DNA from: an uncultured Planctomycetota bacterium
GTDB taxonomy: Bacteria > Planctomycetota > Planctomycetia > Isosphaerales > Isosphaeraceae
Assembly (NCBI GenBank): GCA_963737655.1
Contig: CAVTTN010000002.1
Span: 3,968,001-4,032,000 of the forward strand
Direction of reading: 5' to 3'
Length of the DNA stretch: 64,000 nucleotides
In this document: positions 21,944 to 35,000 of the stretch, one piece after another
Numbering within the stretch: position 1 is the first letter of the stretch
How the letters are laid out: the number at the start of each line of letters is the position of its first letter
Made by a program: the position numbers and the translations under genes
The notes under the pieces: model-generated
The model's input: only the letters and a program-made list of their open reading frames with translations
Database searches by the model: none
What the model was told of the DNA's origin: nothing

Positions 21944-24188
21944 TCAGTCGCGAGGGGGTCGGCCGCCGTAACCGCCTCCGCCGCTTGGGCCTCGGCGAGG
22001 AGGTCCGCCGCGGTCGCCCCCCGGGGGGCCTCCGGCCGGGCGTTCCCGCCCGGCGTGCTCATCGGGAATGCCGCGCTCGGCCATCGCAACTTTCCTCGAC
22101 AGCTTCACCCGGTCCTGGTCGTCCACGGCGATCACCTTGACGAGCATGGTGTCCCCGACCCGGCAGATGTCCGTCACGCTGCCGACGTAGCCATCGGACA
22201 GCTCGCTGATGTGGACCAGCCCATCCTTGCCGGGGAGGATTTCGACGAAGGCGCCGAAGTCCTTGATCGAGGTCACTCGGCCCTCGTAGATCCCGCCGGG
22301 CTTCACGCCCTCGGTCATCGCCTGGATGCGACTCGCCGCGGCCTCGGCCCCCTCGGCGGTGGGACTCGCCAGGGTCACGATGCCCGAATCCTCGATGTCG
22401 ATCTTCGCGCCCGTCTCTTCCTGGAGGCGACGAATCGTCTTGCCGCCGGGTCCGATCACCAGGCCGATCTTCTCGGGGTTGATCTGGATCTGGATCAGCC
22501 TGGGGGCGTTGGTGGCGATGTCTTCGCGAGGCCGCTTGATCGCCCGGAGCATGGCCCGGAGGATTTCGAGACGGGCCTCGCGGGCCTGGTCGAGCGTCCC
22601 CCGGATGATCTCCTCGGTGATCCCCTTGTTCTTCAGGTCGAGCTGGATGCCCGTGACGCCTCGCTGGGTGCCGGCGACCTTGAAATCCATGTCGCCGAAG
22701 TGGTCCTCGTCGCCGATGATGTCGGTCAGCAGGACGAACCGGCCCGAGCCTTCATCCTGGACCAGCCCGATCGAGATCCCGCCCACCGGGTCGGTGATCG
22801 GCACGCCGGCGTCCATCATGCTGAGGGTCGCCCCGCAGACCGAGGCCATCGAGCTCGAGCCGTTGGATTCGAGGATGTCGCTGACGACGCGGATCGTGTA
22901 CGGGAACTCGGTCGTGGTCGGCAGGATCGGCTTGACCGACCGCTCGGCCAGGGCGCCGTGGCCGATCTCGCGACGGCCGGGCCCGCGGATCGGCCGGACC
23001 TCGCCGACGGCGAACGAGGGCATGTTGTAATCGAGATAGAATTTCTTCGAATACTCCTCCATGATCCCGTCCACCCGCTGCTCGTCGGCACCGGTGCCGA
23101 GGACGGTGGTGACGAGGGCCTGGGTCTCGCCCCTCTGGAAGATGGCCGAGCCGTGGGCGCTGGGCAAGACGGCGACCTCGCAGGAGATCGGGCGGAGGTC
23201 CTTCGGCCCCCGGCCGTCGGGCCGATAACCGTCGAGGATCATCTCGCGGACGACCCGTTCCTGGAGGGCGTGGAAGGCGGACTTCACCTTCAGCGGAGCC
23301 GGGGAGTCGGTCGCGCGCCTCGGGGCACAATTCGGAGACGACCCGCTCGCCCAGGGCCTTCACGGCGGCGTTGCGGTCATGCTTCAGGTGGATCCCCTTG
23401 GCCTCGCGGAGGGCGCCCGAGTACCGCTCGTGGAGGGTCTGGGCGAGCGGGTCGTGGACGTCCTCGGGATGGGTGTGAGGGGGCATCCCGGCCGCTTCGC
23501 GGAGGCGATGCTGGAGGGCGATGAGGTCCTGATTCATCCGGTGGGCGGTCAGGATCGCCTCGGCCATCTCGGCCTCGGGCAGCTCCTGGCCGAACCCCTC
23601 GATCATGACCACGGCCTTGTTGGTGCTCGCCACGATCAGGTCGAGGTCGCTGGCCTCCATCTCCTTGGCCGTGGGGAACGGGACGAGCTTGCCCTCGATC
23701 CGGCCGAGCCGGATGGCCCCGATCGGGCCGAGGAACGGGACGTCGGAGGCCAGGACGAGCGAAGCCGAGGCGCCGAGGATCGACAGGACGTCCGGGTCAT
23801 TCACGCGGTCGGCGGAGATCGGCCCGGCCTGGATCTGGACTTCGTTGCGATAGTGGGCCGGGAACAGGGGGCGAATCGGCCGGTCGATCAGGCGAGAGGT
23901 GAGGATTTCCTTGGTCGAGGGGCGGCCTTCTCGCTTGATGAATCCGCCGGGGAACTTGCCGGCGGCATAGACCTTTTCCCGGTAGTCCACCGTCAGCGGG
24001 AAGAAGTCGAGCCCTTCGCGGCCCGGCGCGGCGACGGTGGCCACCAGGCTCATGGTATCGCCCAGCCGGACGACGACGGCGCCGTGAGCCTGCTTGGCGA
24101 GCCGGCCGGTTTCCAGGCTGAGGGTCTTGCCGTCGAGCGTGATCTCAACGGAGACGGGTTTGCGGGGAGCAGACGTGGCAGTAGACAT
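21944..24188 (-). CDS. pnp: Polyribonucleotide nucleotidyltransferase; frameshift near 23300
   Basis: DFFPLTVDY, GKFPGGFIKREG, RREIGHG, SNGSSSMASVC, GDMDFKVAG, KH and S1 domains over two ORFs. Confidence 0.95.
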
Positions 24189-24384
24189 CTCACCTACCTC
24201 GGCGGGTCGGCCGGGTGGGTGCCGCGATGGGTCGCCCCGGGAGGGCTGGAAGGCCGGGGCCGAGCCAGGACCCGGGGCGAGGGCGTCAGGGAGAAGGCGG
24301 AGCCGACCGGCTGGGATCGAATCGCATCGGTCGGCGGCGAATTGCCTCGGTCGGGACGGACCGGCGACGGACGGACCTTCCGCG

Positions 24385-24654
24385 TCACTTGCGGATGCCG
24401 AGCCGCCCAATGACTTCAAGGTAGCTCTTGCGGTTGTGGAGCCTCAGGTACTTCAGCAAGCTCGACCGCTTCGAGACCATCATCAGCAGCCCTCGGCGGC
24501 TGGCGTGGTCCTTCTTGTGCGCCTTGAAATGGTCGGTCAAGTCGTTGATCCGGGCCGTCAGGAGGGCGATCTGCACCTCCGGCGACCCCGTGTCCACGTC
24601 TGCCCGGCCGAACGCCCCGATGATCTCCGTCTTCTTCTCTTTCGTGATCGCCAT
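24385..24654 (-). CDS. rpsO: 30S ribosomal protein S15
   Basis: [25 protein letters not shown]; upstream of pnp. Confidence 0.97.
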   Translation of the reverse strand: MAITKEKKTEIIGAFGRADVDTGSPEVQIALLTARINDLTDHFKAHKKDHASRRGLLMMVSKRSSLLKYLRLHNRKSYLEVIGRLGIRK

Positions 24655-24782
24655 CGCACGCCCCACGGCCGCCGGCCTGAACATCAGAGGCCGTTGTCGA
24701 ACATCGGAACCATTGAAGAGACAGAAGTGTAGGCGATCCCGTCCGTGAATGCAATCCCCTCCCGGCCGAGAGGCCGGCCCCC

Positions 24783-27328
24783 TCAATCCCGGGGGGGAGG
24801 TTCCGGCTTCATCGCCTTGATGCCCGAGTCCCAGGTGAACGGATGGACGCTCCCCGCCCATCGGGCCTGGAGGGCCGGGCGCCCCCCCTCGCCGATCGCC
24901 ACGCTCGACGCGACGATCAAGCCCGCGATCGTCAGCCCGAAGTAAATCGGCCAGGGCCGGGGCCAGCCCGAATCCCCATCGAGGCCGGGGAGCGGTCGGA
25001 ACCGGCGCGGCCAGATCAGGCAGAACAGGACGACCGCCAATCCCAGGGCCGAGACCGTCGCGCCGGCCACGAATCCGACGGGCCGATAGCGGAAACGGAG
25101 CGTATGCGACCCCTTGGGCACGTAAACCGAACGGAAGGCGACGTAAGCCGGGCGGATGGGCGCGGCCTTTCCGTCGATCGTCGCGGACCAGCCCGGGTCA
25201 TACGTGTCGGAGAGCACCAGGTACGCCCCGACCGGGCATTCGGTGGCCACATCGACGGCCTCCGGGAGGTCGAGCGTGATCCGGGCCCGGCCGGAAACCG
25301 AGGCGGACGGGTCGAGCGGACGGTCGGGGTCTTCGATCACCGGCCGATCCAGAGAATCGCGGCGGAGACGGAGCAAGGCGTCGCCGGCCTCGCGTTCGTC
25401 GGCCGCGTAGACCGGGTTGCCCATCATCCGGACGCGGTCCCTCGCGCCGGGATTGCGGAAGATGAAGGCGGAGCCGGCCTTCTCCGGGGCGTCGAGCCGG
25501 GCGACCCGGTAGCCGGGACCGGCGAGGACGTGGCTCACCCCTTCCACGTCGAACCGAACGCCGGCCTCGATCGAGACCCGGTCGTAACGAACCGTCCTCC
25601 TCGGGATGATCGGCGTGTGTCCTCCGGAGGACGACAGCCCCCAGACCGGCGGCAGGCTCCAGGCGAGGGTGTCGCGCGCGGGGAAGATGTCCTTCGGGTG
25701 GGTCACGTGGCCGGGCTCGCCGGCGGACAGGGCCCGAGGCCAAAAACCCTCCGCAAGCCCGGGTCGGCCTGGAGCTTCGGGACCGTCGGCGGAGGGACGG
25801 TCCAGTAGGTCGGATCGATGGTGGGGCAGTCGTTCCAGTGGGCCCCAAGCAGGTCGGCGAGGGCCAGCAAGGGCAGGACGGCGGCCCATCGTCGCCGGAT
25901 CTCGGGCCGAGCGGCCCGGATCGCCAGGCGGGCCACCACTCCGGCCCCGATCAGGAGGAGGAACGTCCGGCAGGCCGAGACGATCAGCTCCTCGGTCAGC
26001 CAGCGAGAGCGGTCCTTGTGGTAGCGAGTCACCCAGAGCGCCGCCTCGGACCATGCGGGCTCGTAGACATAATAAAGAATCGGGACACACGCGAGAACCA
26101 GGAGGCCCAGGGCCGCCATCGGCCCTCGGAGGCGGACCGGGCCCGGCCGGGACAGCCGATCGACGCCCACGGCCGCCAGGGCCGACACCGCCAGGACGAC
26201 CCACAGGTGATAGCGGACCGGAATCCGGCCGCTGCCGATGATCGGCACGTGAGGCATCACGTCGAAGACCACCGTGAACCGGCCGAGCATCATCACCGCG
26301 CCGACCATCGCCAGGAGGACCCAGAAGCCGACCCAGCGGTCGCGATACGCCCCGACCCCGACGAGCGAGAGGGCCAGGCCGACCAGGCCCATGTAAACAT
26401 TCATTTCATGGTAGGGATAATAGCCGTCGAGCCAATCGGTGTCGCGGGCCCTCGTCCCGTAGGCTTCCCGGACGAGCAGGGTGGGGAGCAATTCCGGGTG
26501 CCACGAGCCGAAGGTGATCTCCTCCCAGTCCAGCCCGCCGGCCCGGGGGGATCGGTTCAGGTACTCTCGGGACGGGTTCCACTGGATGGCGCTGACGGAC
26601 GCCCCGACGAGGAAGATCCCCGCGACCACGGCCAGGGCCTTGAGGCGGTCGGCGCGGTCGCGGACCGTCGCCGCGCGGTAAAGGGCGTAGAGTCCGAGGA
26701 TTCCGGCGGTGAGGATGGTGTCCTGGAGGTGCCCGGCGAAGACCTGGCAGGCCATCGCGAGCCCTCCGAGCGCCACGGGCCGGAGCCGGCCGCCGTCCCA
26801 GGCCGATTCCAGGGCCCAGACGGCCAGCGGGACGCTCGCCAGGGCGTTGATCATGCTCGTGTGGATCAGGTGCGCCGACACGTAGCCGCTCAGCCCGAAG
26901 ATCGCCGCGCCGGTCAAGGCCCCGGAGGGCCCCACGTGGCGGCGGAGCCACCCGTAGGTCCCCGCCCCGGCCAGCCAGACCGACAGGACGGTGTCCAGGT
27001 TCAGCGCCTTCCACGTCTCCATGAAGGGATAGAAGACATACTTGAACGGATGCAAGTATCCGGCCTGGCTCTCGGCGTAGAGCGGGAACCCGCAGTAGAG
27101 GCCGGGCATCCACCGGGAGAAGCGGCCGGCGCGCAGCTCCCGGGCGAAGAAGTCGCGATAGGGGTAGTTGATCTCCGTGATATCGAAGTAATACAGGGCC
27201 CCTCGGAACGTCACGACGTCGCGGAAGATCAGGACGACGGCGGCCGTCCACACGCCCAGGGCGAGGAGGTCGGCCCAGCCGCGGCGGGGAGGCGCGGGGG
27301 TCCAGGCGGGCGGCGAAGGGGTGTCCAC
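24783..27328 (-). CDS. YfhO-like GT-C membrane protein; frameshift near 25740
   Basis: [22 protein letters not shown], many TMs, C-terminal [18 protein letters not shown]...[11 protein letters not shown]. Confidence 0.8.
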
Positions 27329-27350
27329 GGCGGCTCGGCTCTTTCGGGAG

Positions 27351-28963
27351 TCAGGGCGAGGAGGGCCAGTCGATGATGACGAAGTCGCGCCCTCGGAACA
27401 ACACCCGGCCCCCCTCGGCCATCGCCTGATGTCGGTAGAACGGACCGACTTCGCGCCCTCGGGAGATCAGGACTCGGGGATGAAGCCCGGGATACTTCGG
27501 GGCGGCGCCGAATCGGTCGGGGTAGTGGGGATAGGGGACGCCCTCGATCCGACCCCGCGTCTCCAGGGCGATCCGGTAGACGTCCCAGTAGTCGCCGAAG
27601 ACCGAATCGACCTCGGGATGCCCCTCGAACCACGCGAGGACCGGGTCGTCCGGGCCCGTCCGGGCCGCCGATCGGCCGATCCAGCCCAGCCTCTCGTACC
27701 AGGACCAGGTATCGAGCGAAAACGCCCCGGCGAAGCCGATGGCCAGAGTCACCGCCAGGATCAAGCCTCCCGTGCCCTTTCTCGAGAGGCCAGCCAGGAC
27801 CATCCCGAGGCCGATCGACCACGGCACGAGGAGGAAGACCAGGTAGCGGTAATTGTCCGAGTTGTAAATCTGATTGCTGATGAGGAACCCGAACAGGATC
27901 AGGGACGAGGACATCACCAAAGCGAATCGGACCGCCAGGCTCGCCCGGGAGTCCCCGCCGGGACGGACATAAACCAACGCCGCGACGGCGAAGGGGACCA
28001 ATCCCAGGCCGAGAAGGGTCGTCATCCAGGCCGAGACGGGCGAGCCGGGCAGGTCCGCCCGGTTCCCGGGGAGCGAGGCGGGATTCGGGTCGGATTCCAG
28101 CGAGGGGACCTTGTGGCCGGCGAGCAGGCGAGGCAGGCATTCGCGGAAAAGAAGGTCCGCGTGCCCCGAGGCCAGGAGCCGCGCCGGGCCCAGTCGATCC
28201 GGCCCTCGTTTGGGCCCGAGGAAGCGGGGTCGAGGATCGTGGCGAATTGCCCCTTGTAGGCGTCGTGAGGGTCGGCCCGATAGCCAAGCTCTCGCGGGAG
28301 GTCCCCCAGGACGAAACCCGCCGCGAATGCCAGGACGATCAGGAACTTTCGGACCCATGCGCCGAAGGTGGTCCCGAAAAGGATCGCGCCGAGGACGATG
28401 GCCCCGATCGATGTCAGGAACATCTGATCCAGGTAGAACCCGAACCCCAGCCAGACGCCCAGCACCGCCGCGCGGCCGATCCCTCCGCGGGCGAGGCAGG
28501 AATGCAGGACGGCCAGGGCGCCGGCATGCCAGGCGACGGTCAGGAGATGGCCGCCGGTCAGGCGGCCGGAGAGCCAGACCGTCCCCACCGAGGCGAACGC
28601 CAACGGGACCAGCCCCCAGGCCGCCACGGACGGGCCAAACGCCCTCCATGACAGGAGGAAGATCGCCAGGACCGCGAGTTCATAGGCCACCACCCCGCCG
28701 GAAGTGATCGTCTCGGCGGTCGCTCCGCTGACCATCGCCTGGGGATAGGCGAGGAAGAGCGAGGGGATGCCCATGTGGGGCGTCCCCGGATAATGCCAGC
28801 GAAAATGGCCCCTCGTGGCGTCGAGCAGGGTCAGGCCGTCGACGGCCAGGTCGCTGTCCAGGTGCGCGTGGGCGCTGCGGATCAGGGGGATTCGGACCAG
28901 GGCCACCCAGATCATGGCCAGGGCCAGCATCAGCCACGGCCATCGAGGCGAGGCGGGTTTCAT
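27351..28963 (-). CDS. ArnT/PMT-like (GT-C) membrane glycosyltransferase; frameshift near 28185
   Basis: TM followed by LDSDLAVDGL, multiple TMs, NYRYLV, FGDYWDVYRI. Confidence 0.65.
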
Positions 28964-29517
28964 TGGAAGAATTCCGACACGTCGCACCGGAACCCCGGAA
29001 GCTCGGCAAGCCCCTCGATCGCCTCGCCTTCGCGGAATAGCGCCGGGAAGTCTTCATCCGGTCGATGGATGACGACGAGCCTCTTCTGCGGATAGACGGC
29101 CCACACCATTGCCACACCAATATCCAGATATTCGTTCACTTTTTTCCGCATCTCACCGGGTCGATTGCTCGGCGAGACGACCTCGACGACCACATCCGGC
29201 GGCACCGGGATCAGCCCATTTCCGACCTTCTCGCGGGGCCATCGCTCGTTGCGGTAGAAGCAGACGTCGGCGCCCCGCACCGTGTCGGGCCCCCGCTCGG
29301 TCAGGACGGCCGAATCGTTCGAGAGGGCGTACCCCAGGCCGGTCCGGCGGCCGAAGGATTCGAACAAGAACCCCGAATTCAAGCAGAGCCTTCCATGCTC
29401 GGGCATCGGCATCGGCTCCTCGATCACCTCGCCTTTCACCAGCTCGTGGAGGCCGTCGGGGAGGTCGAGTTCGAGGAATTCCTCGGCCGTGTAGAGCGTC
29501 TTCGTCGCGGTCGCCAT
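28960..29517 (-). CDS. Uma2 (DUF820) family endonuclease
   Basis: ELVKGEV..PMPEHG, VRGADV, PDVVVEVVSPSN, KVNEYL..GV. Confidence 0.9.
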   Translation of the reverse strand: MATATKTLYTAEEFLELDLPDGLHELVKGEVIEEPMPMPEHGRLCLNSGFLFESFGRRTGLGYALSNDSAVLTERGPDTVRGADVCFYRNERWPREKVGNGLIPVPPDVVVEVVSPSNRPGEMRKKVNEYLDIGVAMVWAVYPQKRLVVIHRPDEDFPALFREGEAIEGLAELPGFRCDVSEFFQ

Positions 29518-29542
29518 CGCGGGCCTCCCGTCTCTGGCCGAT

Positions 29543-30091
29543 TCAGACCCGTTGGGTCGGGTCTTCCACGTAGTCGCCCAGGGTCAAGGTTTTCATCATG
29601 ATGTCCCAGGCGCGGCCGACCCGGTCGATGTCGTCGGCCCAGAAGTCGAAGGTGATCAGCGGCTGGATGTTCCACTTGCGAGCGAGCAGGGTCCGGGAGA
29701 AGGCCTCGCGGTCCTCGTTGGGGTCGCGAAAACGGACCTCGATCCAGGCCATGTCCATGCCGTCCCTCTCGGAGGCCTGGACGTCTCCTCGTTCGAGGAT
29801 CTCGCGAGAGTCGTTCGTCGTGACGTCCCGGACCATCGCCGAGAGGTCCAGGCCGGTCCAATCGACGTCGTCTCGGAGGTACATGACGGTCAATTGCATC
29901 GTGCAATCGTCGTTGGGCGGCTTGCGGTCGAGGAACTTGATCGACCCCTTGGCGTCGGGGACGACGACCCAGTCCTCGGGGAAGTCGAGCCGGACGGCCC
30001 CCCGGTCGGCGACGAAGATCTTGCACCCTCGCTCGGACTTCCAGCCGTGGTTCTTCTTGAGCCGGAGCCGCCGCCGTTCCCACCTGCCCAT
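29543..30091 (-). CDS. Hypothetical protein
   Basis: Globular-looking 182-aa ORF in the operon, codon pattern like neighbours. Confidence 0.75.
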   Translation of the reverse strand: MGRWERRRLRLKKNHGWKSERGCKIFVADRGAVRLDFPEDWVVVPDAKGSIKFLDRKPPNDDCTMQLTVMYLRDDVDWTGLDLSAMVRDVTTNDSREILERGDVQASERDGMDMAWIEVRFRDPNEDREAFSRTLLARKWNIQPLITFDFWADDIDRVGRAWDIMMKTLTLGDYVEDPTQRV

Positions 30092-30142
30092 GAGTGAGGT
30101 CTCCGCGATCGGGGCGTTTTCCCGAGGGTTCCGGTCGGCCGA

Positions 30143-31938
30143 TCAGACCGCGCCGGCCATCGCTTCGAGCTGGAGGACCGAGCGGTTCTGCTCCTTCGCC
30201 AGGTATTCGCGGCCCTTCTTGACGAGGATGTTGTCCCAGGGGAGGACCTCGTCGATCGAGCGGGTCCGGTGGCTGTAGAACTCGACGTCGAGCCCGAGGT
30301 CCTCGAACGTGGACCACCAGAGGCGGGCGTCGAAATGCTCCTTCCAGGCATCGAGCCGGGCGCCCCGCCTCCAGGCTTCCTCCAGGGCGGGCGCGACTCG
30401 GCGGTCTCCCCGGGTCAGGATGCCTTCGAGGAGGCTGGTCTCGATGTCGTGACACTTCACCGTCACGCTCTTGAGCCGGACCTTCGAGCGCAGGTACTTG
30501 TGGGCCCACTGGAAGTACTCGCGATGCTCCATCCCGTTCCACTGGTACGGCGTGTGGGGCTTGGGGACGAAGTTCGAGACGCTGGCGACGACCTCGGCGT
30601 AGCGGCCCGTGACCTCCTTGCCGATCCGGGCGAGGGTCTCCGCCATCTCGACGATCCCGTCGAGGTCGGCGGTCCGTTCTCCGGGCAATCCGCACATGAA
30701 GTAGAGCTTCACACGTCGCCAGCCTCGGCGGAAGGCCTCGGCGGCCCCTTCGTAGAGGTCTCGGTTGTCGATCGGCTTGCGGATCTGCTCGCGCATGTCG
30801 TCTCGGGCGACCTCGGGGGCGAGGGTCAGTCCGCCTCGTCGGCCTTCCTGGAGCAGCGCCGGGATCTTCTTGAGGGTCTCGGTGATCCTCAGGCTCGGCA
30901 GCGAAATCTTCACCCCCAGGGGCGTGAAGACCTCGCTCATCTTGGTGACGAGCTCCTCGAAATGCGGGTAGTCGCTGGTGGAGAGCGAGAGGAGGCTGAT
31001 CTCGTCGTAGCCCGTGTTCTTGTAGCTCTCCAGGGCGGCATTCACGATGGTTTCGACGGTCCGGTAACGCAGGGGCGCTTGATGACCGTCGATTGGCAGA
31101 AGCGGCACTGCCAGGGGCAGCCCCTCATGATCTCGATGGCGATCCGGTCGTGGGCGGTCTCGACGAACGGGACGATCGGCCTCGTCGGCAGGGGGCTGGC
31201 GTTGAAGTCGTCGATCACGCAGGCGCGGATGGTCTCCGGGACGTCGTCGCGGAGCCTTCGGATGCCGATCTGGCGGCCGTCTTCGTCGAACTCGGGCTCG
31301 TAGAATCGGGGGACGTAGGCCCAGTCCACGGCCCCGGCGATCCTCGCGAGCTTCTCCTCGCGAGAGAGCGTCTCGTCCCGGCTCATGGTCTTCCAGAGGT
31401 CGCAGACGATCGGCAGGCTCGGCTCGCCGTCGCCCACGACGAACAGGTCGATGAACGGGGCGAGCAGCTCGGGGTTCTGGGCCCCGGGGCCGCCGGCGAT
31501 CACCAGGGGGTCGTCGGCCGACCGGTCCTCGGAGTGGAGGGGGATTCCGCCGAGGTCGAGCATGGTCAGGACGTTCGTGTAGCAGATTTCGTACTGGAGG
31601 GAGAATCCCACGACGTCGAAATCCGCCAGGGGCGTGAACGTCTCCAGGCCGTAGAGCGGCAAGTCGTGGTCGCGGAGGGCTTTCTCGAAGTCGGGCAGAG
31701 GGGTGAAGGCCCGTTCGCAGGCCCAGCCCCGGTCATTCATGAGGTTGTAGAGGACCTGGAGCCCGTGGTGGCTCATGCCGAGGCTGTAGGTGTCGGGGAA
31801 GGCCAGGCAGACCGTCCCCTCGCACTCCCCGTGGTCCTTGACGATCGCGTGGCGTTCCCCGCCCATGTATTGCGCGGGGGTCTGCACGTTCGGCAGGATT
31901 CGCGAGACGATCTGGGTCTTGAGCGAGCGATTGAGCAC
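30143..31938 (-). CDS. TIGR03960-type B12-binding radical SAM protein; frameshift near 31080
   Basis: PAQYMGGE, FPDTYSLGMSHHGL, FSLQYEICYTN, RGCPWQCRFCQ, FVPKPHTPYQW. Confidence 0.88.
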
Positions 31939-32036
31939 GGGGCAGCCTCCGCGACCGACGACTGGGCGAATTCCCATTCTAATCGGCCGGGAGGCTCCGG
32001 GATAGCGGTCTATCTTCGGGAGGACGTCCTCCGCGA

Positions 32037-35000
32037 TCAGGGCTTCGGGGCGTCGGCCGGGGGCGGGGGCGTCGCGGCGCCGATCTTGCCCGGGAATGCC
32101 CTGGGCAGGTGGTTGACCGTCAGGTAATACGAGATCGCCTGGGCGGGCGCGGTGAAGTTGAAGAAGAACCAGTACGCATCGCCCTTGTTCAACGCCCCGT
32201 CCACGGCGACGGTGCCGGAGATCTCCGGGCTGGTGATCGTGGCCGAGACGTTGGGCAGCGGGCCGTTGACCTTGTCGCTGGTCTTGCGGACGAGGGTGAT
32301 GTTGAACTGGCGGGTCGCCTCGTCGTATTTCGGCTGGATCATGATGTAGTCGTTGATATCTTCCTGGATGAAGCGGAACCTCCTCCGGGACGAGAGCAGC
32401 CGCTTCGCCGGCCCCGCCTCGTAGACGTCGATCGACAGGACGCGGGGCCGGTTCAGGGGGACCTCGTCGTCCTTCACGCCGATGGCTTCGATCGTCCGGG
32501 CGTCGAGGTCCACGGCGTGCATGATCGTGGCGGGGGAATCCACCTTGCCGTTGGCTCGGATGGTGAGAGCGAGCGGCTCCAGCGGTTTGTCGTCGAGCCG
32601 CCTCTCCACGACCACATCGACGGGCACGGCCTGCCGGTTCTCGAAGACGAGCTTGTATTCGAGCCGGGCCCCGTAGTGGAGGTAGCCGGCGTCGGGGTGG
32701 TCCAGGAACTGGTCCTTCCAGCCCCGGACCCCCACTTCCCTCATGGAGACCATCACCCGGTCCTTCGAGGCTTCCAGGACGATGTTCACCGGCCGGGACG
32801 CGGGATAGGCCACGCCTCGATAGAAGACGGTCGCCCGGACCGCGGCCTCCCCCAGGGACTTGTCGAACTCGGCTCGGCGGAACTTCGCCAGCTTGCGGAC
32901 GGGCAAGGGGACGGGCACGGGCGACGCCTCGCCCGCGTCCACCTCGGTCTGGGAGACGAGATGGAGCTTCTCGCGGTCGAACTCCAGGAGGAGCGACGCC
33001 TCGCCGTCCGGGGGATCGTTCTCGGTCGAGATGTTGACGGCGATCGTCAGCGAATCGTCGCCGAGTTTCAGGGCGCGGGTCGCGTCGGTCGAGACGAGCA
33101 GTTTGGCCTTGCGGAGCCGATCGACTTCCGAAGAGGACCCCTTCGGGACGAGCAAGCCCGGGGAGGCGGCCGACTCGGCCAGGGCGTGGGCGTCCCTCGC
33201 CAGCCTGTCGGCGTGTTCCGGGGCGAAATCGCGTTCCAGCCGGGCCGATTGCCAGAGGAGCTGGGCCGACCGGAGGAACTGGTCGAGCTTCCTCTCCGCG
33301 CCGGACGCGGCCGACGCCGTGAGGTACGCCGAGGGGAGCACGGCCGCCGCCCTCGCCGAGGCGACCAGCGACGACTCGGTCACCTCGGCCGAGGCGTCGT
33401 CCTTCAGCCGGAGGGCCAATGCCTGCCGGCCCGAGATCGCCAGGTCCGTGAACCTGGCCAGGTCGTCCAGGCCCTGCGAGTCGCCCGGGGCCTTCTTCGC
33501 CCCCTCCAGGGCGTCCATCAGGGACTTCTGGTCTTCCGGCGAGGCCCCGCCGAACTTCATCAGGAAGCATTCCACGCCCGCGAGGGTCAAGGCGTGGGCC
33601 CGGAAGCTGTCATCGATCGAATCCTGGGACGACGCCTCGACCGGGCCGTCTTCGTCGGCCAGGGGGGCGGAGCCCTCGGGGGATCGGACCTTCTCCAGGA
33701 GCCTCTCGCGGTCCTCGGCCCGGATCAGGGGGACTCGCAGGAGGTCGTCGGCGGCCCTCCAGTTGGTCGAACCCCGCCCCTTCTCCCGGTCGCAGCTGGC
33801 CTGGAGCCGAAGCCGGATCTTCTCGTGACTGGTCCGGAGCCGGGCGATCCTCGCCTCGATCGTCCCGGTCTCGCGAGAGGCCACCTTCAGGGCCTCGGGC
33901 GAGCCCCGGCCCGCCGAGGTCTGGACCCAGGCGGTCTCGACGGCGTCGGCCAGGTCGTTCGCGTCCCGGACGAGCCTCTCGAAATCCGGGTCGGTGTCCC
34001 GGGCCGAGGCGCCGATCCAGTCGGCCAGATACGGGAGCTCGACGGCCATCCGGTTCAGGAGGTCCTGGGCCTGGGAGACCGTGGAGACGACCCGGAGGCC
34101 CTGGGCGAACAGCGATCGAGCCGCCTCGCGATCGTCTCGGAGCGTGGACGCCCGGTCCGGGACCTCGCAGAACAGGGCGTCCTGGAACTTCCGGCGGGTC
34201 TTGTCCCCCTCATCGACGAACAATCGGGCCCACTGCCGGCAGCGATCGTCGGCCTCGGCCGTGGCTTCGGCGGAGGCCCGAAGGTCGATCCCATCCCGGA
34301 AAAGCTGGCCGCGGTCCTCGCGGAACGGGACGTGCCCGGGGAGGTTGTCATAGACGTCCGCCCAGACGAGGAGCTGGGCTTCCAGGAAGACCGGGATCGT
34401 CGGGTCGTCGGCGGCCACGAGGGAGAGCGGGACCTTCGCCCGCTTGGCCGGGCCCGAGACCGCCGCGATCGCCCCTCCGGTCTTCTCCCCGGCCCCTTTC
34501 GGGGCGGCGACCGGGGCGGTCAGGCGGCCGGTCAGGTCGTCGATGTACGCGGCCATCACCTTGCGGACCTTCTGCGCCTCCTCCTTCCTGGACTTCGTCG
34601 CCTCGTTGATCGGCAGGGCGTCGATCGAGGCGAGAGACCAGGGCCGATCGAGCTTCCATCCCCCGGACCGCTCGCTCATCTCGAGCTTCAGCGAAGAGAC
34701 CGAGCGGAGGAGGTAATCCGCCTCCTCGGGACGGCCCGCGCGGAGCAGGCGCTCGGCCCGGAGCAGCGAGTCGAGGTAACGCCTCCAGACTGCCGGGGTC
34801 CGTCGATACGGGCTGAAATCCTTCTCCATCCGGTCCCGGGCGGCCCATTCGTCGGCCAGGGCCTTCCTCGCGGCGGTCTCGGCCGAGGCGCGGCGCTCCT
34901 CCAGCTTCTTGGCGGCCTCCTTCTCCGACGGCGAGGCCACCGGGGGGACCAGGGCGCGGATCTCGAAGTCGAACTGGGGGTCGGCCAGGAGGATCGGCGT

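Noticed and set aside
24655..24780. S15 autoregulatory leader RNA
   Set aside because: Plausible by position, but no structure could be supported by eye.
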